Part shown: in pieces, positions 51,801 through 64,000 of the stretch
Position numbering within the stretch: the first letter of the stretch is position 1
How the letters are laid out: each line of letters begins with the position of its first letter
NCBI RefSeq assembly: GCF_006345805.1
Contig: NC_043001.1
Coordinates: 109,802,001-109,866,000 of the forward strand
DNA length: 64,000 bases
Direction of reading: 5' to 3'
Source: Octopus sinensis
Lineage: Eukaryota
The notes under the pieces: model-generated
Database searches by the model: none
Told to the model about the DNA's origin: nothing
Seen by the model: the letters and a program-made list of their open reading frames with translations, nothing else
Made by a program: the position numbers and the translations under genes

Positions 51801-52287
51801 GTAATTATTGATACAGTTAAACAAAGAAAAAGGAAAGAAAGAAATTAGGGCTGACCTCCGGCTAAACAACATTGTTAGATCAGCTTGCGCTGTTAACACA
51901 ACTCCGTAAGCTTACATTAATAGCCGGATGTAATAACTTTCGAATCAGCATTATTCTCCTCTTACCACAGTAATTTAAACTCCTCTCATTTAGAATTTAG
52001 GAACCGGATTCGTAGAAAAAAATTTCCATTATTCATTTGTCAGGAACTATTCATGAATAACCAATTATCCTCTGTATCGAGTTCTGGTGTTTACCATTTC
52101 AGTTACCTTTTAAAACAGTTATATTTACTAAGGTAGAACCATTAGACCGTTGAGCAATGTACCTGATAGTATCTGCTCACTCTCATAAAAAGGAGAATTT
52201 TTTTATGTTCTACATATCATTAAGAAGAGTAATTTTGGTTATGGATTTCTTATAATTCTAGATTAATTTACTGTGTTTTTTTTTAGA

Positions 52288-52672
52288 TGTGGAGGCGCAA
52301 TGGCCCAGTGGTTAGGGCAGAAGACTCGTGTCATAGGATCACGGTTTCGACTCACAGACCGAATGCTGTGAGTGTTTATTTAGCGAAAACACCTAAAGCT
52401 TCGCGAGGCTCCGGCAGGGGTTTGTGGTGAACCCTGCCGTATTCTTTCACCACAACTTTCTCTCACTCTTCCTTCCTGTTTCTGTTGTACCTGTATTTCA
52501 AAGTGCCAGCCTTTTCGCTCTCTGTGTCACGCTGAATCTCCCCGAGAACTACGTTAAGGGTACACGTGTCTGCCACCTACGTGCTCAACTACTTGCACGT
52601 TAAGTTCACGAGCAGGTTGTTCCGTTGTTTGGATCAACTGGAACCTTCGTCGTCGCAACTCATGGAGTGCCA
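52288..52672 (+). mobile_element. SINE type C (X+T1), full length
   Basis: Head through tail CGTCGCAACTCATGGAGTGCC. Confidence 0.88.
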
Positions 52673-52789
52673 CATTATTTTTGTGATATGTAGTTAGCAG
52701 ATAATATTTTGATAAAGATGTATCTACTTCCCTGCTGGTATTTATTTAAGAGCAATATACGCCCTGCAACACGAAACAACCCTTCCTAC

Positions 52790-53200
52790 TGGAAGCACGA
52801 GGCTTCAAATTTGGGGGAAGGGATTAAGTCGATTACATCGATTTTTTTAAAATCCGAAAGGATAAAGGGCAAAGTTGCCCTCTGCGGAATCTGAACCCAG
52901 AAGCTTACGGCGAGCCAAATACCAATTGTTAACTGACAAGTAACAAATTCATATTATGAAAGTCTAGATTTTCACTAAAAAAATCACATTCTCAGTACAA
53001 ATTGAAACCAGGAAAAAGGCAAATGAATAAATAAAATAATCTTTTCTACTCTAGGTACAAGGCCTGAAATTTTGGTGGAGGGGCCAGGCGATTAGATCTT
53101 CCCCAGTACGCAATTGGTACTTAATTTATCGATCTTGAAAGGATGAAAGACAAAGTCGACCTCGGCGGAATTTGAACGCAGAACGTTAAAGACAGACGAA
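52790..53200 (-). mobile_element. Two SINE type B copies (52790-52925 tail C; 53036-53200 tail B)
   Basis: Body matches; tail B on the minus strand is CCAAAATTTCAGGCCTTGTACCTAGAGTAGAAAAGATTATT. Confidence 0.75.
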
Positions 53201-53204
53201 TAGA

Positions 53205-53405
53205 TAAAATAAAAATAAGCGCTCCGCAGCTGGACGGGACGCCAGTCCATCGCAGCGTTACTCATTTTTGCCAGCTGAGTGGACTGGAGCAACGTGAAAT
53301 GAAGTGGTTTGCTCAAGAACACAACACGTCGCCCGGTCCAGGAATCGAAACCACAATCTTACGCTCATGATGCTGACACCCTAACCACCAAGCTACGCGC
53401 CTCCA
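53205..53405 (-). mobile_element. SINE type D (core Y + tail T2)
   Basis: Minus strand ...CCACTCAGCTGGCAAAAATGAGT-AACGCTGCGATGGACTGGCGTCCCGTCCAG. Confidence 0.82.
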
Positions 53406-54300
53406 CACACACACACATACACACACACACACACACACATATATACTCATACAAATATAAGTGTTACCTTGCTTATTTGTTAACACGTGTACGCCTCTGG
53501 ATTTTCGCATATTCCTACAAATAAGAATAAGAAATGCTGTACTAGGATTAGACGTTGTCACTGACTTTTCTTACATCCAATTGAACATTTGCCTGCTGGT
53601 AAAATTTCCGAGGCAGCAAATGTCTTTCTAATACGTGCTTGTATTCAGTTCAACATACTCGGCATCTTCGCGTATATCAAGCTGTTTTACTTCCTTAATC
53701 CATTTTGACATCCAATTGCAGGATTTGAATTACGTAACATTTTTTTTTATATTTTCAGATTTCAAAAAATATCCTGTAGTTGAATAATTTCCTTTAATCC
53801 TAACATCCCTCCGTGAAATCCGACCCTATAATCTGCATTTTCCCGGATGTTAATCCCATTTGAAATTGTTAAAAGCAAAAGGTGTTTTGAAAGAAATAGA
53901 ACGGATACATGGTACATGTCACTGATGTGAAAGAATTTTTTGTGTTCTTTCTGTTATCTGCTCAGTATTCTTCAATACCGATTTAGATTTGACACAAGAA
54001 ATAGATAAACGTGTGCAGATACATTAGCCTACCTGGTGATATAATTGCATATTCAATTATAATTTTTCTAATCTTTTAAACATTAAAACCACATGGCTTA
54101 TACAAATACATGTGTGAGCTTACAGTCGCACATTTACAATATTTTCAGTCTGACTGACTGTTTTCTATCTCCCCACCCTCTCTCTCTGTTGTTGAATATT
54201 CCTTTCGTTCCTCTTTCGGAATCTGTTGTTATGGCATCATTCTATGAAGTAGATTCATAACGTAAATACATTTGATTACTTAAAGCAATTATATAGATGT

Positions 54301-54851
54301 TTTCGATCTAGTTTGGAATCTTTGCAATCAAATTTGAATTCTTTGCAATCAGATTTGAATTTTTCAATTGGTGCTCAAGCCTTGAAAAAACCAAAAAGAG
54401 TTAAACTACATCAGCCGTAAGGGAATACATTTCTATCTTCTCTAACTCGTCCAGTAGAGCCCACCAATTGATATCTGAAAAGTTCGATGAAATAACTCAT
54501 GAACACTGCCATAGCTTCTGCCAAAAGATGCTCCGTTCTGAACCGGTCTGAACAATGGGAGATAATAGAAAAAGAATCATTCGTTTATTATCTCCCCTTG
54601 TTCAGACTGATCGACGTAACGCAGCATCTTTTGGCAGAAGCTATGGCAGTGTTCATGAGTTATTTCATCGAACTTTTCAGATATCAATTGGTGGGCTCTA
54701 CTGGACGAGTTAGAGAAGATAGACATGTATTCCCTTACGGCTGATGTAGTTTAACTCTATTTTTTTTCAAGGCTTGAGCACTAATTGAAAAATTCAAATC
54801 TGATTGCAAAGAATTCAAATATGATGGCAAGGAATCTAAATTAGAGCGAAA
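54301..54851. repeat. ~550-bp fold-back palindrome (arms ~275 bp, almost no loop)
   Basis: Left arm is the reverse complement of the right arm, centre near GAATCATTC (about 54578); subterminal ~18-bp tandem TTTGCAATCAAATTTGAA. Confidence 0.9.
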
Positions 54852-55047
54852 TCATCCTTATTAATTTCCTAACTGAAATACCGGCGTTTTTCAAGATCAT
54901 GATTCCCGGAGTTACCGGTACCATCCTAAAGCAATATATCTTTTAGAACAGCTTCGTTAAAGTACACACAACGGGGTTTCGAATTAAGAAAGCATTGTAG
55001 AATATTTTAGGGAAAAAGAAACAAAATAAAAATAAGAATAAAAATAT

Positions 55048-55800
55048 CAGGTGCATTCCAAAAGTTTTGAGACTTTTTAAAGAGTCATTTATTAATTTCA
55101 ACGTACAAAGCACTATCTCCTTCAAAGTAGGATTCTTCGACTTGGTGGAACGTTCCATCGACTTAGTGAAGGGCTTCATGGGAGTCATCCAAAGTGAAAA
55201 TGTCAAGGACACTTGTCACAGTCTCCTTCATCTACTTAATGTTTTCCAAAGGAGGGGTTCTTCAACTTAGGAAATAACCAAATGTCTCAGGGATCAAGGT
55301 CTGGAGAGTAAGGAGGTGACGTATAGTTTTGATGCGAATCTCTGTCAAGTAGTTCGTTACCTTGATGGACTTATCAAGTGGTGCATTCTCTTGGTTCGGG
55401 TGAAACCGATCCGAGTGGACGTGCTGTAGGCTTTTGAGACGAAATATCTTCTTGAAGTCCGTCAAAATCTCCACAAATTACATTTTGGTGTCCGTCTGAA
55501 GAGACAATCTGGGGAATGTAGATAAGGCACTTATTGACGGAAAAGGTGATCCTCAGAGGTCTCCCAGTGGACACGGCTACCTGGCCTTCTTGAATCTTGG
55601 CATTCCATCTCTTGGTCTCAAGTTCTGGATCATAACAATAGTTCCAGTTTTCATCACAAATCACCAGATACTCAAGCGTTCTTCGACTAGAAGAAATTAA
55701 CTCAACCATCTCCTTGCTGTCAGCAACACATCTTCCCTTCTTTTTGTCATTGGTGACCCTAGAAACCATATTTGCACAAATTTCACGTATATTTAGTTCT
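55048..55800 (-). pseudogene. Decayed mariner (DD34D-type) transposon, 5'-truncated
   Basis: LVICDENWNYCYDPE, HPNQENAP...SIKVTNYLT..IKT, and TIR-like end GGTGCATTCCAAAAGTTT. Confidence 0.82.
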
Positions 55801-55865
55801 CCGTCAGTAATTCAGAGTAAAATTTCCACACCAAATCCAAACCGTATGCTGAATGTGTTTATATA

Positions 55866-56082
55866 TACCTATTTCTTTACTACCCACAAAGGGGCTAAAC
55901 ATAGAGGGGACAAACAAGGACATACAAAGGGATTAAGTTGATTACATCGACCCATGTGCGTGTCTGGTACTTTATTTATCGACCCCGAAAGGATGAAAGG
56001 CAAAGTCGACCTCGGCGGAATTTGAACTCAGAACGTAACGACAGGAGAAATACCGCTAGCGTTTCTGCCAGCTCGCCGCCTT
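55866..56082 (-). mobile_element. SINE type B monomer (tail A), small head deletion
   Basis: Tail ends GAAATAGGTA on the minus strand. Confidence 0.85.
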
Positions 56083-56282
56083 GCTGAATGTTTATAGACA
56101 CATGACGGTCTTCATTCAGATAATCATGACTTTTCTCCAACAGCTCTGATTCTGACGTCCCTCTTCCTCGCACAACTCTCCTCGTCTTTCACTCCCTCTC
56201 GACTAACCTTTGACCTCTTTTGACAACGATAAACAGTTGTTCAAATCATAGAAGTTAATCCATAAGCGTTCTTGAGCATTTA

Positions 56283-56517
56283 TTCTTTTACTTGTTTCAG
56301 TCATTTGACTGTGGCCATGCTGCAGCACCGACTTTTTTAGTGGAGCAAATCGACCCCAGGACTTATTCCTTGTAAGCCTAGTACTTATTCTATCGGCCTC
56401 TTTTGCCTAACCGCTGAGTTACGAGGAAGTAAACACACCAACATCGGTTGTCAAGAGATGTTGTGTGGGGACAAACAGACACACAAACATATACACACAT
56501 ACATACATATATATAAA

Positions 56518-56592
<75 letters not shown>

Positions 56593-56593
56593 C

Positions 56594-56625
<32 letters not shown>

Positions 56626-56785
56626 CGACGGGCTTCTTTCAGTTTCCGTCTGCCAAATCCACTCACAAGGCTTTGGTCGGCCCGAGGCTATAGTAGAAGA
56701 CACTTGCACAAGGTGCCACGCAGTGGGACTGAACCCGGGACCATGTGGTTCGTAAGCTAGCTACTTACCACACAGCCATTCCTAC
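56283..56785 (-). mobile_element. SINE type A
   Basis: Full architecture with long internal (TA)n. Confidence 0.88.
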
Positions 56786-56991
56786 CGCTATTCATCAATT
56801 TCTGTAGCATGTTCGTCCAGTTTAACACAAAGTTTATTGCATAGTGATTTTCCAAATTATTTTCACGTACGGCTTGTATTCTGCAACATAGTCAGTTCTG
56901 ATAAGTGCTGCTTTGTAGGTTGTGTTCAAAGTGTTGTCACAGCCGTCTACTTCAATCTGGAATAAAATATTATTTTCTACTCCTGGCACAA

Positions 56992-57199
56992 GGAAACAGT
57001 GAGTAAAAATCTTGAGAAGTACATGGCAGAAATAGGTGCTGTAATATGAGTGGAGCACTTGCAGAAAACAGCACTGCTTAGAACTGTTCGAATACTCCAG
57101 AAGGTGCTCGAAAAATAAGGGTTGTTAATTTAGTTCACTGGTATGAAAAAACTGGCACCATAGTACATCTCCAGAGATAGAAGCTGTGCAAAGACAATA

Positions 57200-57240
<41 letters not shown>

Positions 57241-57243
57241 GGA
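56992..57243 (+). mobile_element. R4/Dong-like 3' end followed by (AAT)n
   Basis: TVSKNLEKYMAEIGAVI*VEHLQKTALLRTVRILQKVLEK*; 3'UTR matches 49514-49580; (AAT)n at 57198-57243. Confidence 0.75.
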
Positions 57244-57509
57244 TTATTACGATGTTACATAGTATTACCATTAATTAATTTTATATATACACAGCTTTAC
57301 CTAGATCTACACATGTTCCCACTGCAATGATTAGTAAACATTGCAGTTGCAACCCTACTATAATACCGGTGCAGCTTCTTCAGGGATATTACCTAATATC
57401 CTTCGACTTAACTATATGATGTAGAGTTGTTCGTTGCGTTAGATGCCAACAATCTTCAATTCAAGTTTTCATTGGATAATTACTTATAGCTCACTATTTG
57501 AAAAGTTTC

Positions 57510-58370
57510 TGTTTTTTAAATGCTTGTTTTTCATTTATACTGAGCAAATGTGAATTTCCTCATGTGCAAGTATCTCAAATCTTGCTCCTGTCTAGAATTT
57601 ATTACATTACACACAGATGTAAAAATTTGGTAAAACATTTCTAAGCATGAGTCACATTCTTTGTTTCTCCCTTTAATAGACCAAATTAATTTACTAAGAC
57701 ATGATTGGAATGTTTTATCTTTATCTCTAAATAAACTCAAATGATTTGTCTGTCTCTTCTTGAAAAGTAATGGTATCCCATCGTTGTAGACGTATTCCTT
57801 ACTCTCAGATACAATTTTACATCTATATATTACATTTTTGTCTTACATCTATTTTTTACGTAACAAGATTCCCGTTTAGAACAATTGCAAAGATAAGTTT
57901 ATATGTTTATCTCAGATTTAGTTTTAATTTGATCATTCATGGCAGAATCAAATTCCTTTCCAACAAGTTGTTTAATATTATTTACTCTTTTAGATAATGT
58001 TATCTTTGTCCTGTTTCGAGCTGAACTCTTATTCGATTCAACGTTATTAACGATGTTACATTGGGTTGTTTCCCTTTCAGTAACTTTTAAATTCTTAGCA
58101 TTTTCTTCTATTTCACTTCTTTTGTCTTTTTATTACGTTTAACATTATTATGCTTAATATTTTCTACGCTACCCTGATTATAATAACTTTTTTCTAATTT
58201 TGATATTATTTTTACATTATGTGTTGCTATAATTTGTGCAATATTTTTGTTAAGGCAATAAGCGATGCGGATTTTATGTTTATTAAAATTTCTATAATAT
58301 TTATGATTGATTGGAAAATATTTTTCAATTGGTATATTGAACAATTAGGAAATATTATATTTTACTGGCT
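57510..58370 (-). pseudogene. Penelope-like element ORF remnant with GIY-YIG endonuclease
   Basis: IEKYFPINHKYYRNFNKHKIRIAYCLNKNIAQIIATHNVKII; CNCSKRESC; NVIYRCKI...EYVY..G...FKKRQTNH; LSKLIWSIK; C..CLE; NVINSRQE. Confidence 0.8.
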
Positions 58371-58404
58371 TACCAAATGGAATAATTAACCGTGAAAGCT
58401 TCGT

Positions 58405-58520
58405 GAAGCTTTTAGGTGTTTTCGCTCAATAAACACACACAACGCGCGGTCTGGGAATCGAAACCGCGATCCTCCGACCGCGAGTCCACTGCCCTAACCA
58501 CTAGGCCATTGCGTCTCCAC
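58405..58520 (-). mobile_element. SINE type C head fragment
   Basis: Reverse complement of the GTGGAGACGCAATGGCCTAGTGG head. Confidence 0.8.
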
Positions 58521-58624
58521 AGACGATGAAATACCAATCCATAAACAATAAAATAGCATATTACGGAAAAATCACCGCCAAAACAATTGCCATCAGAGCT
58601 CTAATTTATTATGGTTAATAAAGC

Positions 58625-58775
58625 ACTAAATAATTTTCCGTCTTAACGATCACAGTTCAAATTCTGCCGAGGTTGACTTTGCTTTTCATACATTCAGGAG
58701 CACTGGGGTTGATGTAATCGAAGTATATCCTCCCCGAACTTGCTGGGTTTGTGTCAAAATCTGAAACCATTATAG
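58625..58775 (+). mobile_element. SINE type B fragment (tail C)
   Basis: GTTCAAATTCTGCCGAGGTTGACTTTGC...CAAAATCTGAAACC. Confidence 0.65.
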
Positions 58776-58919
58776 GGTAAAACGATAATTGTACAATAAT
58801 GATTATATGTGAGTTGTTTTCTTTTCAGTTTTCCCAAACATACTGGTGTTCCATATATTCATCCCATTAATTTAATGGATACAATTTCTATTGTTTTGCT
58901 ATGCATATATCTCCAATGA

Positions 58920-59190
58920 AGGGCGTGTGGCTTAACTCTTAGTTCAATTCTCGGCGATGCATTGTGTCCTTGAGCAAGAAGCTTTATTTCACATTGCTCC
59001 AGTTTACACAGTTGGCAAAATGAACAGTACTTGTATTCAAAGGGCCGGCCTTGTCACAATCTGTGTCATACTGAATCTCCCTAAAGGTACGCGTGTCTGT
59101 GGAGTGCTCAGCCACCTACACGTTAGTTTTAGCAGCAGGCTGATTCGGTGTTGGAATGAAGTGGAACCTTCGTCGTGTAACCGACGGAGG
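58920..59190 (+). mobile_element. SINE type D (core Y + tail T1)
   Basis: GTGTCCTTGAGCAAG...GTCGTGTAACCGACGGAG. Confidence 0.75.
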
Positions 59191-60094
59191 ACCCCTAAAT
59201 ATCGACAATAGATAATGTTACATACTGATGATATTAAAACATTTCATTGCTTAAAAAGACGCAAGCCCTATCTAAATTGATGCACTTTTGAATATAGTGC
59301 TAACTTACGATATTTCGTGAGATTATCAACATATATCGGTTGGAAAAAGCCAATTATTCCTTAAAACGAATCTTTATAATGGAAATTAATCTGTAAGCAG
59401 TCGGTTATTTGAGAAACATGCATGGCAATATTCAGAGTGAAACAACATGGCATAACGTATCAAAATCTATCTTTGAGTCACAGGTACAACCCTGAAAGGT
59501 AATACGGAAATAATATCGAATTTTGTATAGGATTATCATGTTTATCGACCTTGAAAAGACGTTGATCAGGGTCGCATTTGACCTGAGAGCGCAGTTTCAT
59601 GGAAAGGATAACGAGTCGTTCTATTCGACGCTTTAACGGTTCTGCTGTGTCATTGCCAATGCTGCCTCCCATCCCCCAAAACAAATTTTCACCATTCGTT
59701 GTCCAATACTTTTTATAAATCATTAAAACAACATGCTTCAATAGTAATGACAAGAATAAAAATAAAAAAAGGACAAAAAATTGAAAATAAAAAAAAGTAT
59801 TTAACCAATCTATAATTAAAATTCCGTTTTCCATCAGGCAGGTATTTTTTAATGATTTCAAACTGAAATGAATTTAGTCTCACGTACTGGAATTTTAAAG
59901 AAAGCTTTTGTATTGTATTTCATTAACGATAATTAAACAAAGGAAGAAGAAAACCTCTTTTAACCATATCATTGTGCTTTATTTTCATTTTTATATTGTG
60001 TTTTCTGCAAATTTTTGAAAGCTCGATTTATTGTAGTGTATCTCTCCTGAAGAAATGTTTTGCGTAGGAGTGAAATTTTGCGAGGAATCTCTTA

Positions 60095-60310
60095 TATTTC
60101 GTTTGTTTCAGTCATTAGACTGTAAACATTGTGGGTCACCGTCTTGACGAACATTTTAGTGGAATGAATCGACTCTAGTACTTTCTTCCTAAGGCTGATA
60201 TTTATTCTATCGGTCAATTTTGCAGAACCGCTAGCTTATGTAGACGTAAATACACAAAACGGTTGTGGAAACAAACAGAGATACACAGATAGACTGACAG
60301 GCACACACAC
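60095..60310 (-). mobile_element. SINE type A 3' part, diverged
   Basis: TTGTTTCAGTCATT...TATTCTATCGGTC...GCAGAACCGCTA. Confidence 0.55.
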
Positions 60311-60654
60311 ACACACACATATATTTATATATAAAAGGAAAATAAGAAAAATGTGGAAAATGCTAAAATAATTTTATCAGGAAATGCATTTTGTAATAGT
60401 CAGTTCCGGTTTTGCCTTTTTGACTTTTTCAAATAAGAGTAAAAAAAAAAGGTGGATATTAATTAAAAAGAAGAACAATTAAATTGAAGAAAAACATAGA
60501 TGAAATGCTTTGTAAATTTTATAGTCTTCAAATAGGTGGGATACTTTTTTCTATCTTTCTTTTTCTTTGGGAAGGTTTGTAAGGTAAGTAGTAGCAAATC
60601 TGAAAAATTGCGTTTATGGATCCAGAGATACATTTGTTTCTGAAGTTTTATGGT

Positions 60655-60745
60655 TTAAGCGGCAGCAGCCGAAGAAGGAGAGGAGCAAAGAAGAAGGGGA
60701 GAAGGAAGAGGAGAAGAAAAAGAAGAAGAAAAAGAAGAAGAAACC
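60655..60745. repeat. (GAA/GGA)n purine-rich repeat
   Basis: Direct reading. Confidence 0.8.
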
Positions 60746-60989
60746 TATTCTCCCTTTATATAGAAAATAACTGGAAGAGATATCTAAAGGACTGTCACAC
60801 ACACACACACACACAGAGTCACATACACACAAACATTTTAATTAGAGCTCTACCTAGAACAGATGACTGGTAAATTAAACCGCATCAGAATTTTAACTCA
60901 GAAAGTCAAGAGCCGGAAAAAATGCTGTCCTTCACTCTCTGTGGCGTGGTAACAGATTTGATTGCTCGCAACCTCTAGAGTGTGTTGTA

Positions 60990-61410
60990 ATATTGGTTTC
61001 AAATTATGGCACAAGATCAGCAAATCTTGGGGAGAGGTTAAGTCAATTGCATCGAAACCCAATGCTCAGATGGTACTTATATTATCGACCCCGAAAGGAT
61101 AAAATTTAAATTCGACTTCGACAGAATTTGAACTTAGAACATAAAGCCAGACGAAAGGCCGCTAAACTTTTTGTCCGTCGTGCTAAAGATTCTGCCAACT
61201 TGTCGACTTAGATGTATTCCAATATTTCTTTCTACAATGGGTACAAGGCCTCTATTTTGGGTGGGAGCTAGTCGATTATAACGATTCCAGTTCTTGACTA
61301 GCACTTATTTTGTAGACTTCGAGGGTATTTCAAATCCAGAACGTAAAGAGGAACGAAACGTCTCAAATCCGTATATCCGGCAGGCTATAATCTCTGCCAG
61401 ATCGCCATCT
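60990..61410 (-). mobile_element. Two diverged SINE type B copies (tail C, then tail B)
   Basis: ATCGACCCCGAAAGGAT...GAATTTGAACTTAGAAC at 61080; second copy at 61225-61410. Confidence 0.6.
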
Positions 61411-62231
61411 TAGATGTTTTGAAATTTCGGCACAGAATCGTTAGCAAGGGTGGTAAAATACTTTGCGATGTTTCGTGTTTGTGTACGTTCTCAGTTCAAA
61501 TTGCTTTTACTTCTTTTCAGTGTCGACGCATAAGTATCCTCGCTTCTTTCCTGACCATTTGATATTCTTGTGTATTAAGATTTATGAAAGGATAATTATT
61601 TATATGCTTATATCCAATTCCATCCAGGTGATTTTTAACAAGCTGTTTCTTGCAAGTATGTGTCATTTATCATTATTTTCTGTAAGGTCAGTCGGAATTT
61701 ACGAAGATTAATCATCGACCAAGGAAGATGTGCTGAAACTGTACTCAGCTAAACCTATCTACTGAATATTCTGTAACCTTTTCTGTTGATAGGTATCTTA
61801 GAGCGGAAGGAGAATTGATTTATCGGTGGAAAGAATAAATTCTTAGTTTAAGATTTTATAACATTTTCTCCTTAGAAGAACCACATTTAAGAACACAAAA
61901 GTTGTGGGATCAATTTTTCATTTAATATTTTCCATATCAAAATATTTAGTTGCACCCCTGGGATTCGATGTTTACGATATTACTGCATTAGTTTCAATGC
62001 ACCTTCCTATATTAAGTAATTTCGAAACGATAACAGCAAGAACCTTTACATTTCGTTCGTTTCAAACTTAGTCAGAAATACAAAGATATCGATGTATGTA
62101 CGTAAAACCAAAAATTGCTTCTAGATCTAATCTAGTTGTTTGAGATTCCACAACGAAAACCACTACGATTAAAGAAAGATAATCATAAATACCATTCAGC
62201 CTACATATTTACCCAGTGATATATCTATATG

Positions 62232-62515
62232 CGTGGTGGCGCAATGGCCCAGTGGTTAGGGCGGTGCACTCGCAGTTTCGATTCTCAGATCGGGCGTTGT
62301 GTGTGTTTATTGAACGAAAACACTTAAAGCTCCACGAGTTCCGGCAGAGGATGTTGGCGACCCCTGTTGCACTCTTTCGCCCCAACTTTCTCTCACTCTT
62401 TCTTCCTGTTTCTTGAGTATCGCTGCAATGGACTGGCGTCCCGTCCAGCTGGGGGGAACACATACACCACAGAAACTGGGCCCATGAGCCTGGCTAGGCT
62501 TGAAAAGGGCGCATG
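62232..62515 (+). mobile_element. SINE type C (X+T2)
   Basis: Tail CGCTGCAATGGACTGGCGTCCCGTCCAG...GCTAGGCTTGAAAAGGG. Confidence 0.85.
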
Positions 62516-62564
62516 AAAAAATATCTATACGTACATAAATTGTTTTAATTGTTTTAGACATTAC

Positions 62565-62925
62565 TCTACGGTCATGCTGTTGCACCGCATTGAAAAGTTT
62601 TTAGTCGATCGAATAAGCGACCCCAGTACATGTTTTGTTTGTTTTTAAGCGTTGTGCTTATCCTATCGGTTTATTTGGCTGAACAACCGCTATTTTACGG
62701 GTACATCAATACACCAACACCAGTTATCGCTTGTGGGAGAAATACACACACACACACACGCACACACACATGCTACATATACATATGAGAAGGGCTTCTT
62801 TCCGTTCCCGTCCACTAAGTCCACCCACAGGGCTTTGGTCGACCTGAGGGTATAATGTGAGACACGTTTCCAAGGTTCCACGTTATGGGGCTGTACCCGG
62901 ACGCAAACTTCTTATAACACAGCCA
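62565..62925 (-). mobile_element. SINE type A, diverged
   Basis: GGGCTTCTTTCCGTTCCCGTCCACTAAGTCCACCCACAGGGCTTTGGTCG. Confidence 0.65.
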
Positions 62926-62959
62926 CATCGGCAGTTCTATCAGGTATAGAATACCAAAG

Positions 62960-63362
62960 AATATTGTTTTCTACTCTAGACGCAAGGCCCGAAATTTTGG
63001 GGAAGGGGCCTAGTCGATAACATCGACCCCAGTACGCAACTGGTACTTAATTTATCGACCCCGAAAAGATGAACGGCAAAGTCGACCTCGGCGGAATTTG
63101 AACTTAGAAAGTAGCAGCAGACGAAATACCTATTTCGTTACTGCCCACAAAGGGATAAACATAGAGAGGACAAACAAGGACAGACAAACGGAATAAGTCG
63201 ATTATATCGACCCCAGTGCGTAACTGGTACTTATTTAATTGACCCCGAAAGGATGAAAAGCAAAGTCGACCTCGGCGGAATTTGAACTCAGAGCGTAACG
63301 GCAGACGAAATACGGCTACGCATTTCACCCGGCGTGCTAACGTTTCTGCCAGCTCTCCGCTT
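62960..63362 (-). mobile_element. SINE type B dimer (unit 1 tail A, unit 2 tail B)
   Basis: Junction GAAATACCTATTTC at about 63125; tail B at 62960-63010. Confidence 0.88.
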
Positions 63363-64000
63363 TCGATCAAATGATAAAGATATATTTTAGTGAAAATGTT
63401 GACAGATGTTCCTCGTCCCATATGTATATACACAATATTTGACTTTAAAATATAGGGGATAACATTACAACGTAACCTGCTTCGTTATTGAAAAAAAAAT
63501 TATTTTGAAGGCTGGTAAAATAAAGCAAGTATGCAGATAAATAATTCTATTTTTTTTATTCTTTACTTGAAATCGTCGAAAAACTCATTTACATGAAAAT
63601 ATGCTTTCTCTCGTTTACAAAGGAAAATTGCATTTTACATGTATGCAACATCACAGAATGCTAAGAGAAACAATCTGTTATAACATCTCTAGAATAAATA
63701 AACATAGTCTTCACAAAGGTTTCTGTTTAAAAGACAAAGCCTTGTGAAAATGCATGCTTTCGACATGTAAAACATAACCATCCAATATGACAAGGAAAAA
63801 AGAGAGCTTGCATATATTACACAGGCATCAAAATACAGCAGAAAGCACAAGTATTAATTATATAAAGATTTCCTTGCTTAAAAAATATAAGAGAACAACG
63901 TTCGGAGTGACAAAAATTGTTAAAACAGTATATTTGCAGATATATAAAAACATAAGTTGTATTGTTGTAAACAATGTTAATATTTTAATTATTATTAATA

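Noticed and set aside
59520-59570. MFIDLEKTLIRV, resembling RT motif FVDLEKAFDRV
   Set aside because: Too short and with no flanking RT motifs; not called.
60616-60873. Arg/Lys-rich ORF resembling a protamine or NLS
   Set aside because: Derives from the GAA/GGA repeat.

Overview
This is AT-rich, microsatellite-dense eukaryotic DNA that looks intronic or intergenic. The repeat repertoire suggests an octopod cephalopod (inference, no database search). No host protein-coding gene can be supported; nearly all short ORFs in the track are microsatellite or SINE read-throughs. The dominant feature is a full-length but inactivated ~6 kb Tx1/L1-clade non-LTR retrotransposon (14669-20662), embedded exactly inside a (TATC)n array. 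Its ORF1 has a CCHC knuckle and its ORF2 has APE endonuclease, RT and a C-terminal Zn finger. The window also holds about 40 copies or fragments of at least four tRNA-headed SINE types, Penelope-like remnants (a GIY-YIG fragment and several hammerhead-ribozyme-bearing inverted repeats), R4/Dong-like 3' ends in (TAA)n, mariner, maT and Tc1 remnants, TA-flanked MITEs, a non-autonomous Helitron, several long hairpins and a 777-bp tandem duplication. The best leads are: (1) one SINE tail matches the extreme 3' end of the Tx1-like LINE, a candidate SINE/LINE partnership; (2) that SINE forms head-to-tail multimers with a constant junction; (3) the LINE appears (TATC)n-targeted; (4) an intact minimal hammerhead ribozyme is present on both strands of an inverted repeat; (5) SINE modules occur in all four core x tail combinations.
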